DNA of 64,000 bases, from NCBI GenBank assembly GCA_963695625.1, contig CAVOHJ010000004.1:381743-445742 (forward strand), in the 5' to 3' direction. This document shows, in pieces, positions 19,045 to 26,263 of the stretch. How positions within the stretch are numbered: position 1 is the stretch's first letter; every line of letters begins with the position of its first letter. This DNA comes from an uncultured Actinomycetota bacterium (GTDB lineage Bacteria > Actinomycetota > Thermoleophilia > Solirubrobacterales > Solirubrobacteraceae). The position numbers and the translations under genes were made by a program. Below the pieces are notes generated by a model. That model worked only from the letters and a program-made list of their open reading frames with translations. It was not told where the DNA came from and did no database searches.

Positions 19045-19218
19045 TCATGAGGGGCTCGGCGAGATCGGCTTGATCGCCCGGCGGCGAGTGAGCGCGAAGC
19101 GGCGCACGCGCGAGGGCCTGGGCCAGGGCGCGGCGGCGCGGTGCCCGCCCGACGCACGGTGGAAGTCGGCGATGCGCTCGTTGATCAGCAGCTGTGAGAT
19201 GTGGTGGTTGGCGACCAT
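19045..19218 (-). CDS. Small hypothetical protein (57 aa) upstream of the ECF sigma gene
   Basis: ATG ORF MVANHHISQLLINERIADFHRASGGHRAAAPWPRPSRVRRFALTRRRAIKPISPSPS. The helical N-terminus plus basic tail resembles small actinobacterial proteins of unknown function. Too short to appear in the ORF track. Confidence 0.3.
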   Translation of the reverse strand: MVANHHISQLLINERIADFHRASGGHRAAAPWPRPSRVRRFALTRRRAIKPISPSPS

Positions 19219-19320
19219 GGCTCCGGTGGGGGTTGGGGAAGCGATGGCCGCAACGATCGGGGGCGGCGGTCACCGGCTGGTCACCAGCGATCACCAATTG
19301 CTCACCGACCATTGAGCGGC

Positions 19321-19338
19321 GCTGTTACCGCTGTTACC
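19321..19338. repeat. Perfect tandem duplication GCTGTTACC x2 in the divergent sigma/SARP intergenic region
   Basis: gctgttaccgctgttacc read directly, 9 nt upstream of the proposed GTG start (19348) of the SARP-type regulator. Confidence 0.9.
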
Positions 19339-19347
19339 GTTCAGCCC

Positions 19348-22300
19348 GTGGGGGGCTCTCTGGAGTTGGGGATCCTCGGGCCGCTTCAGGTGCGGATCGG
19401 TGGCGACGACCCGGTCGCCCTCGGAGGCGTTCGCCAGCGGGCGGTCCTCGCCGTCCTCGCGCTCAACGCCGGGCAGGTCGTGTCCACCGATCGTCTCGTG
19501 GACGAGTTGTGGGGCGAGAGCCCGCCCGCCAGCGCCGTCCACACTGTCCAGGTGTTCGTGTCACGGCTGCGCACGCAGCTGGCCGCGGCGAGCGAGCGCC
19601 TCATTACCCGGCCTCCCGGCTACGTGCTGGAGCTGGGCGTCGACGAGATCGACGCGCTGCGCTGTGAGCGGCTCTATGACGGCGCGCGCAGCGCCCTCGC
19701 CGCCGGCGACGCCGGGCGGGCGGCCGCGATGCTGGCGGACGCCCGGGGTCTGTGGCGCGGTCCGCCCCTGGCCGATTTCACCTACGAGCCCTTTGCCCAG
19801 GCGAGCATCGCGCGGCTTGAGGAGCTGCGCCTCAGCTGCCGCGAGGAGCTGATCGACTCTCAGCTCGCTCTGGGGCGCCATGCCGAGGTGATCGCCGACC
19901 TCGAGGCCCTGGTGCGCGAGCAGCCCTTCCGCGAGCGGCCGCGGGGCCAGCTCATGCTCGCGCTGTACCGCTGCGGGCGCCAGGCCGACGCCCTGGAGGC
20001 CTTCCAGGAGGCGCGGCGCGCGCTCGTGGAGGAGCTCGCCGTCGAGCCTGGCAATCCGCTGCGCGAGCTCGAGCAGCGCATCTTGCGCCAGGACCCATCG
20101 CTCATGCTCCCGGCGCCGGACCACGCCGCGCCCGGCGCCCCTCCGGACGGCGATGGGGCCCCCGCGGCGAGGGAGCCGGTCGAGGCGTCACCGGCGGCAG
20201 TGGCCGAGCCGGCGCCCGGGATTGTGCGCAAGAGCGCGACCGTGCTCGTCGCGGAGCTGACCACGACCGCCCAGGCCGATCCGGAGATGACCCGCAATGC
20301 GGTCGCCGCGGCGCGGGCGCGCGCCCAGGAGATCGTGACGCGGCACGGCGGGTCGTTCGTCGCGGGGTTGGGTGGCGAACTTGTCTGGGTGTTCGGTGTG
20401 CCGCTCATCAACGAGGACGACGCGCTGCGGGCGCTGCGCGCCTCGCTGGAGCTGGGCGGCGCCTTTGCGTCGCCAAGACAGGACGAGGTCGCGGTGCGGG
20501 TCGGAGTGGCGTCGGGCGAGGTCGTGCTCGAGAGCGCCACCGATCTGTTCGGTGAGCCGCTCTCCCGTGGGATCGCCCTGGCCCAGGCGGCCGAGAACGG
20601 AGCCATCCTGCTCAGCGAGGTGACGCGCCGGCTGGTCTCCGGTGCCGCGCGGGTCGCGCCCGCGCTTGACGGCGACGCCTGGCGGCTCGACGGGCTGGTG
20701 GAAGACGCGCCGGCTTCACTGATGGCTCATCCGGTCGTCGACCGCGTCGACGAGCTGGCGCTGGCCGGCGCGGCCTTCCGACGGGCGGTTCGAGGCAGTG
20801 AGGCCCACCTGCTGACCGTCGTGGGGGAGCCCGGCATCGGCAAGTCGCGCCTCGGCCAAGAGTCGGCGAGCCGGCTTGCGGGTCAGGCCACTCTCCTCAC
20901 CGGCCACTGCCTGTCCTACGGCGATGGCGTCGCCTTCTGGCCGTTGCGTGAGGCGCTCACCCAGTTCGCCGGCGGCGACTCGCCGGAGGCGATCCGCGGT
21001 CTTATCGAGGACGCCGAGGACGCCGACCTCATCTCCGAGATCGTGGCCGCCTCAGTCGGCCTCACGGACTCAGAGATCCGCCGCGAACAGGTGCCGTGGG
21101 CGTTTCGGCGGCTCCTGGAGCTCGTGGCGCGCGAACGGCCGCTCGAGCTGGTGATTGAGGACACTCACTGGGCGGCGCCGGAGCTACTCGATCTCATTGA
21201 CTATCTCGTGGACTGGGTCAAGGCGCCGGTGCTCATGCTCAACACCGCCCGCCCCGAGCTGCTCGAGGAGCGCCCCGCGTGGGGCGGAGGTCATCCCCGG
21301 GTGAGCTCGATCGTCCTGGGGCCGCTGAGCCGCGACGACGCCGGGACCCTGCTCGACCACCGTCTCGGGGAGCGCCGGCTCAGCGTCGCCGAGCGGGCCG
21401 TCATCCTCGAGACGGCCGAAGGCAATCCGCTTTTCGTCGAGCAGCTGCTGGCGATGAGCGCCGAGAACCCGTGGTGGGACCGCGAGCGGGAGATCCCCGG
21501 CACGCTGCGCAGCCTGCTGGCCGCGCGCATCGACCGGCTCGGCCCCGGCGAGCGCGCCTATATCGAGCGGGCGGCGATCATCGGCCGGGAGTTCTGGCCC
21601 ACCGCGGTGGTGGCGCTCCTCCCCGAAGAGGCGCGCTCCACCGCCGATCAGCACCTCCGCGCCCTCGTCCGGCGCGGGTTCGTGGAGCCCGGAAGCGCGC
21701 CGCTCGCCGGCGAGGAGCAGCTGAGCTTCCATCACATCCTCATCCGCGACGTCGCCTACCGAGGCACCCCCAAGGTTCTGCGCAGTGAGCTGCACGAGCG
21801 CTTCGCCGACTGGCTGGCCCCGCGCGGCGAAGCCTACGAGGAGTTCATCGGGTATCACCTCGAGCGCGCCTTTCGCAACCTGACGGAGGCGGGGCAGGGC
21901 GGCGAGACCGCCGTGGCGCTCGCCGGCCGGGCCGCCGAGAGCCTGTCCAGCGCCGGCCGCCGCGCCCTGTCGCGCGGGAACCCCAACGCCGCGGTCCAGC
22001 TCCTACGCCGCGCCGCCGAGGTATGTGACGCGGTCGAGCGCAAACGCCCCGACATCCTGCTCGATCTCGGCTACGCGCTGAGCGAGAGCGGCGACTACAC
22101 GGAGGCGGAGGAGGTGCTTCACGCGGCCCTCGAGCAGGCCCGGATCACCGGCGCGGAGGCGGTGAGCTCGCGGGCGCTGATCGAGCTTTCCTATCAGCGC
22201 TCGCACGTGGACGCAAGCCTCGGCGCTGCCGAAATGCGGACCGTCGCCGAGCAGGCGATCGCTGTGTTTGAGCGACTGGCTGACGAGGGGGGCCTGTCGC

Positions 22301-23175
22301 GCGCATGGCTTCACATCGCGCTGGTGGAATGGATTCGATCGGACTCCGTCGCCATGGAGGAGGCCCTGCAGCGGGCGCTGACCCATGCCGAGCGCGCGGG
22401 AGAGCGCCGGGACCAGTCGCGGATCCTGATCGATCTGGCCCGGACCACGGTGGTCGGCCCCCGGCCGGCTCGCGACGGCATCCGGCGCTGTCACGAGCTC
22501 CTCAGCCGCGCCGAGGCCGACGTTGCTGCCACCGCGTTCATCGGGGCGATGCTCGCGGTGCTGGAGGCGATGGACGGCCAGTTCGACGGCGCGCGGGCGC
22601 GGTGGCGGCGCAGCAAGCGCCGGCTGGCCGAGGTCGGGCTGAACGTGTCGGTGGCGGTGATCCAGATGTACTACGGCTACATCGAGCTGCTCGCCGACCG
22701 CCCCGAGAACGCCGAGCCGGAGCTCGCCGGGGCATGCGCCGCGTTCGAGCAGCTCGGAACCCGCGGCCATCTCAGCTCCGCCGCCGGGCTCGCCGCCCGG
22801 GTGCACTACGCCCACGGGTCGTACGACGAGAGCGCGCGCTACTGCCGGATGAGCGAGGAGGCCGCATCCGATGACGACGCCGTCTCGCAGGTGCTGTGGC
22901 GCTCGACGAAGGCCAAGCTGCTGGCCCGCGCCGGGGAAGGCCAGCCAGCCGAGGCTTTGGCCGGCGACGCGGTCCGGCTCGCCGACGGGACGGACTTCCT
23001 CATGATGCGCGGCGACGCTCTGACCGATCGCGCCGAGGTGCTGGCGATCCTCGGCCACGTGGCGCCGGCGGGCGCGGATCTCGAGGCGGCGAGCGTGCTC
23101 TACGAGCGCAAGGGGATCGGCGCGACGGCCAATCTCGCCCGTCGCGCGCTGGCGGTGACCGGCGGGGGCGCCTGA
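19348..23175 (+). CDS. Multidomain regulator: SARP (OmpR-type wHTH + BTAD), class III cyclase-homology domain (degenerate), P-loop NTPase, TPR/helical repeats
   Basis: LGILGPLQV...RQRAVLAVLAL...LVDELWGE (wHTH), BTAD helices (...LMLALYRCGRQADALEAFQEARRALVEELAVEPG), cyclase-like KSATVLVAELTTT...GGELVWVFG, and Walker A GEPGIGKSRL. Then a long helical C-terminus. The first 49 codons of the ORF-track model are rejected. Confidence 0.85.
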   Translation: MGGSLELGILGPLQVRIGGDDPVALGGVRQRAVLAVLALNAGQVVSTDRLVDELWGESPPASAVHTVQVFVSRLRTQLAAASERLITRPPGYVLELGVDEIDALRCERLYDGARSALAAGDAGRAAAMLADARGLWRGPPLADFTYEPFAQASIARLEELRLSCREELIDSQLALGRHAEVIADLEALVREQPFRERPRGQLMLALYRCGRQADALEAFQEARRALVEELAVEPGNPLRELEQRILRQDPSLMLPAPDHAAPGAPPDGDGAPAAREPVEASPAAVAEPAPGIVRKSATVLVAELTTTAQADPEMTRNAVAAARARAQEIVTRHGGSFVAGLGGELVWVFGVPLINEDDALRALRASLELGGAFASPRQDEVAVRVGVASGEVVLESATDLFGEPLSRGIALAQAAENGAILLSEVTRRLVSGAARVAPALDGDAWRLDGLVEDAPASLMAHPVVDRVDELALAGAAFRRAVRGSEAHLLTVVGEPGIGKSRLGQESASRLAGQATLLTGHCLSYGDGVAFWPLREALTQFAGGDSPEAIRGLIEDAEDADLISEIVAASVGLTDSEIRREQVPWAFRRLLELVARERPLELVIEDTHWAAPELLDLIDYLVDWVKAPVLMLNTARPELLEERPAWGGGHPRVSSIVLGPLSRDDAGTLLDHRLGERRLSVAERAVILETAEGNPLFVEQLLAMSAENPWWDREREIPGTLRSLLAARIDRLGPGERAYIERAAIIGREFWPTAVVALLPEEARSTADQHLRALVRRGFVEPGSAPLAGEEQLSFHHILIRDVAYRGTPKVLRSELHERFADWLAPRGEAYEEFIGYHLERAFRNLTEAGQGGETAVALAGRAAESLSSAGRRALSRGNPNAAVQLLRRAAEVCDAVERKRPDILLDLGYALSESGDYTEAEEVLHAALEQARITGAEAVSSRALIELSYQRSHVDASLGAAEMRTVAEQAIAVFERLADEGGLSRAWLHIALVEWIRSDSVAMEEALQRALTHAERAGERRDQSRILIDLARTTVVGPRPARDGIRRCHELLSRAEADVAATAFIGAMLAVLEAMDGQFDGARARWRRSKRRLAEVGLNVSVAVIQMYYGYIELLADRPENAEPELAGACAAFEQLGTRGHLSSAAGLAARVHYAHGSYDESARYCRMSEEAASDDDAVSQVLWRSTKAKLLARAGEGQPAEALAGDAVRLADGTDFLMMRGDALTDRAEVLAILGHVAPAGADLEAASVLYERKGIGATANLARRALAVTGGGA

Positions 23176-23178
23176 GGC

Positions 23179-24369
23179 TCAGGGCGGAGGCGGCTCGTCT
23201 GAGAACGCCAGGTCAAGGGGGGACCCGTCCGGTGCGCGCGGGCCACAGCCCGCCATGGCAAGCACCCCCTCGGTGACGCCGTCAAGGCTCAGCCGCTGCT
23301 CGATGTCGCGGCCGTTGATCGCGATGGTGACAAACGCCCCCAGGCCGAGGTCCGCGCTGACGAGGTACAGCGTCTGGCTGAGGTGCGCGGCGTCCATGAG
23401 CATCCCGGCGTAGGCCCGGTCGTGGCCGCGATACTTCCAGTGGTTGCGGGCAAAGCGCGCGGTGAGCACGAATGACACGTGCGCCGCGCCGAAGAAGCTC
23501 TGGCCGGCCATGAACGCGGTGGCGGCATCGCGGCTCGCAGCCGCGTCGAGGTCGGCCAGTCGGATCAGCGCGTGGTCGCGCGCGTTGTAGTGGTAGATCC
23601 CGGGCTCGACGCCGCTCACGTTGCTGATGACCGGATAGGCCTCCACCGGGTGTAGTGCGCCGCCCGACGGGCTCGTGCGCTTGATGCACAGCACGCCGGC
23701 GGCGTTGCGCGCGTAGCCGTGACACCCGAAGACATAGCGCAGCACGGTGTCGAGTTGCTCGAGCGTCATCGGCGTGTCAGGGTCGAAGGCCCGCGTCGTG
23801 CGCCTGGCCATCAGGACGTCGTACAGCTGCCCGTCACGCTCGATGCCGGGGAGGGCGAGCGCCGCGCCCGGGCGCTCGGTCGCGAACTCCGGCGGCGGCG
23901 GGCCGTGGCGCTCGAGCAACGCCTGCGCGGCGCTCTCGACGTTCGCCCGCAGCAGTGCCAGGTCCTCCTCGCCCTCGGCACCCTCCACGCCGCTCCATTG
24001 AGTCATGTAGTGGTACGTCGCGGCGAACACGTTCCACTGGGCACCGAACAGCGCCTCGTCGCGGTTGCGTAGTTCCGCCGGCCGTCCGTCCGGCGCGTCG
24101 CTGAGGAGGAGGCCCTTGTCGGTCAGTGAGCTCACTGCGGCCGGGGACAGTTCGCGATCGTTGATCCACTGTCCCGCAGGCACTTGCGCCACGGCCTCGA
24201 ACTCGGTCGGCGTGAGCCGGTGGCGCTCCCCGGTCAAAAGCGCCAGCGCCCGCACCCGCGCCCGGCCGGGTGCAGAGGGCAGCTCGCCCCGCAGCAGCGC
24301 TGCGGGGTCGAGCCGAAGGTCGTCCTCGAGGTAGTAGAAGGCGAAGAGGGTCCGCCGGACCCGCGCCAT
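23179..24369 (-). CDS. SagB/ThcOx-type FMN-dependent dehydrogenase (nitroreductase superfamily) with an N-terminal extension of about 180 aa
   Basis: RRTTRAF (FMN-phosphate R-x-T-x-R) and the SagB hallmark KRTSPSGGALHPVEAYPV. A nitroreductase-like C-terminal half. RBS GGCGGAG and a 15-nt gap after the upstream gene. Confidence 0.85.
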   Translation of the reverse strand: MARVRRTLFAFYYLEDDLRLDPAALLRGELPSAPGRARVRALALLTGERHRLTPTEFEAVAQVPAGQWINDRELSPAAVSSLTDKGLLLSDAPDGRPAELRNRDEALFGAQWNVFAATYHYMTQWSGVEGAEGEEDLALLRANVESAAQALLERHGPPPPEFATERPGAALALPGIERDGQLYDVLMARRTTRAFDPDTPMTLEQLDTVLRYVFGCHGYARNAAGVLCIKRTSPSGGALHPVEAYPVISNVSGVEPGIYHYNARDHALIRLADLDAAASRDAATAFMAGQSFFGAAHVSFVLTARFARNHWKYRGHDRAYAGMLMDAAHLSQTLYLVSADLGLGAFVTIAINGRDIEQRLSLDGVTEGVLAMAGCGPRAPDGSPLDLAFSDEPPPP

Positions 24370-24384
24370 GGCCGGCCGCTCCGC

Positions 24385-25650
24385 CTACGGCATCAGGCGG
24401 CAGAGCCAGCTGGCCAGGTCGGGGTCCGACGCGTTGGAGTCCAGGATGTTCGAGATTCTCTCCTGTCGCTCGAGCAACGCGAGGATCGCGCCCAGATCAC
24501 CCGGCTTATCGTGCGTCCTCACGCGGTTCGTGTCGGGGATCTTGTACTTGTCGAGCAGGTCCTGCGGGTCGCGCCGGCTGTCGCGCGCGTCTCTGAGCAA
24601 CGTGATGATGTCATGCAACGTCGGAGGTGGCGGGGCATTGAGGTACTTGATGACGTCGCCGACGTCGCGCCGGAAGCGCTCTCCGTAGTCCGACCACGCC
24701 TTATTGGGGATCGTCACCGCCGCCCCGGTCGCGCGTGCTCTCCGCGACCTCAGCGCCACCTGGTCACGCGAGAACCGCGAGACGAAGTCGTCGGGGAGCG
24801 GAGGCGCCCCCGCCTCGTCCGCGTCCCCGGCGCCGGGTGGCGGCGGGGCGCCAGGCCCGTCGCCCTTGAGCGGTCCGATCGAGAGGTGAGAAGCCGCGGT
24901 CCCGCAGACGAGCGGTGGTTCGCTGGAGCCGGTTTCGGCCGTGGGGCCCGTGGGCGCGGCGGCAGACGCCTGCCACACCGAGTTGGGAGGATCGTAACTG
25001 CGCCAGCTCAGGTATCCCCCGTCGGCGATTTCGAGGGGGTTGCTCACCGTGCCGAGGAATGAGCACCGGCGTGGGTGGCCTCCAGTGACCTGATAGTAGT
25101 GCTGTGTCACAAAGTCGGACACGGTGACACCGTCGATGGTGTAGCTGGCGCCCTCAACGGGGTCGCACGGCTCGACGAGGTAGTCGACTGTGCCCTGCTC
25201 GGCATACTGGCCACCTCCGGTGCCGCCTGCCGCTGCGTTGACGGGGTCCTGTCCCGTCGCTCGGTGATACTCGTCACGCAGGGACGGCCCGCTGACGGTG
25301 AGGAGCCCACTCGGATCGAGCACCATCTCCATCAGTTCGTGGCTCGCCGAGAGCGACCAACCGCCGTCCTCGTGAACGAGGGCAAACGGCCGGCCGTCAG
25401 CCGCCACGTGGAAGCCGTGATGATCGCCCGGCAGGTCGTCCGGCGTGACGATCACCGGGAGGTATTGAGGCGGTAGGTCCTCGAGGCAGAGGAACGGCGT
25501 GACGACCGCCGAGACCCCCCAGGCCGGACCGAAGTCACGGCTGAGCTGGGTCTGCAGCGCCGACGCGACCAGCACCAGCTCTCGTTGGAACAGTTGGCTG
25601 GTCTCCTTCAAACCCCGATGGGGGACCAACGCAACCTGTGTGGTGAACAT
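24385..25650 (-). CDS. Hypothetical protein (421 aa), no recognisable family; operon partner of the SagB-type dehydrogenase
   Basis: Strong GC3 coding signal. GGAG lies 9 nt upstream of ATG 25650 (alternative TTG at 25659). N-terminal globular part has GDHHGFHV and SASHELMEMVLDP. A Pro/Gly/Ala-rich linker follows, then a helical C-terminal domain ending ...DPDLASWLCRLMP. Confidence 0.8.
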   Translation of the reverse strand: MFTTQVALVPHRGLKETSQLFQRELVLVASALQTQLSRDFGPAWGVSAVVTPFLCLEDLPPQYLPVIVTPDDLPGDHHGFHVAADGRPFALVHEDGGWSLSASHELMEMVLDPSGLLTVSGPSLRDEYHRATGQDPVNAAAGGTGGGQYAEQGTVDYLVEPCDPVEGASYTIDGVTVSDFVTQHYYQVTGGHPRRCSFLGTVSNPLEIADGGYLSWRSYDPPNSVWQASAAAPTGPTAETGSSEPPLVCGTAASHLSIGPLKGDGPGAPPPPGAGDADEAGAPPLPDDFVSRFSRDQVALRSRRARATGAAVTIPNKAWSDYGERFRRDVGDVIKYLNAPPPPTLHDIITLLRDARDSRRDPQDLLDKYKIPDTNRVRTHDKPGDLGAILALLERQERISNILDSNASDPDLASWLCRLMP

Positions 25651-25757
25651 ACGCGTCAACTCCGATCCGCCGGATCCAGTAACAGTCCGGGTTCACGTTG
25701 CGCCCCGCCGACCGACGAGAGCGCTCGGATCCCTCGGTCCTACCGTCGTCACACCGA

Positions 25758-25819
25758 CATAGTGTGTGTTTGACACCGCGCCCCAGTGTTACGGAACCGG
25801 CCCCGATTCCCACACTATG
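25758..25819 (-). promoter_or_regulatory. Nested inverted repeats in the low-GC leader of the 421-aa/SagB operon (RNA structure or operator)
   Basis: CATAGTGTG (25758-25766) is the exact reverse complement of CACACTATG (25811-25819). An inner pair GGAACCGG / CCGATTCC (25793-25810) pairs fully in RNA with one G-U. Confidence 0.5.
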
Positions 25820-25830
25820 GGAGTAGCTAC

Positions 25831-25920
25831 TCATATCGGACACTCCAAGTCAAGCGATCGAGGTGGACAGGGGGGTATCGCGGCGCAGGAAGTGAACAAA
25901 AGCTCCTCATTGCTCACCAT
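25831..25920 (-). CDS. Candidate 29-aa Cys/Pro-rich peptide ORF (possible precursor peptide; speculative)
   Basis: ATG preceded by GAGG at a 7-nt spacing. Translates to MVSNEELLFTSCAAIPPCPPRSLDLECPI. Lies in a low-GC leader on the operon strand. GC3 is only about 60%, so coding status is uncertain. Confidence 0.22.
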   Translation of the reverse strand: MVSNEELLFTSCAAIPPCPPRSLDLECPI

Positions 25921-26006
25921 GACGTGGCCTCGGCCGGTTGGGCGTGTGACCCGCTCGGGAGTTCCCCGATGCTCCCTCGCGGGCCACACGCGCCATCGTC
26001 GGTGAT

Positions 26007-26165
26007 CTAACCGGTCGCCCCACCGGCCGCCGCAATGATCACCAGCGCCCCCACAAGTGCGACGGCGAAGACGCCGAGAGCGATGAGGACGATGCCGGCG
26101 ACCGCATGCCTCGCGGCCGCCGTGATCGCCCGGCAGCTTGGTCTGATCCATCGGTCTCGTGTCAC
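26007..26165 (-). CDS. Small single-pass membrane protein (52 aa)
   Basis: GTG start with GAGGAAG 8 nt upstream. Translates to VTRDRWIRPSCRAITAAARHAVAGIVLIALGVFAVALVGALVIIAAAGGATG. Very high GC3 through the TM segment. Below the ORF-track length cutoff. Confidence 0.5.
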   Translation of the reverse strand: MTRDRWIRPSCRAITAAARHAVAGIVLIALGVFAVALVGALVIIAAAGGATG

Positions 26166-26263
26166 GCAACACTCTTCCTCGCTGGGTCATGGATGTCTGG
26201 TAGGCGAGAGGCGCGAGGGGGCCTGGCTGATACACGGCGCCCCCGGCGATCCGCTAGATCTGT

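Noticed and set aside
19201-19347. ATG at 19201 as the start of the SARP-type regulator (1324-aa model)
   Set aside because: The first 49 codons are Gly/Arg-rich and non-protein-like, and they overlap the opposite-strand small ORF and promoter region. The conserved wHTH begins right after GTG 19348.
24970-25350. Reading SASHELMEM in the 421-aa protein as a zincin metalloprotease site
   Set aside because: The motif is HELME, not HExxH, and no downstream third ligand pattern is evident. It is kept only as a possible metal site.
25535-25843. 102-aa ORF (MSDMSSYSHSVGIGAG…) in the SagB-operon leader as a candidate precursor
   Set aside because: It overlaps the start of the 421-aa gene in another frame for about 110 nt, has low GC3 and no RBS. 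It may still be worth a look in Ribo-seq, but I do not call it.
23179-26165. Calling the locus a thiazole/oxazole (TOMM/LAP) biosynthetic cluster
   Set aside because: No YcaO cyclodehydratase or E1-like partner is present anywhere in the window, so the classic azoline-oxidation role for SagB is unsupported.
25831-26235. 134-aa ORF-track model spanning the leader
   Set aside because: It is a composite of unrelated segments. The region is better explained by a 52-aa TM ORF in another frame (26007-26165) plus, at most, the terminal 29-aa ORF.
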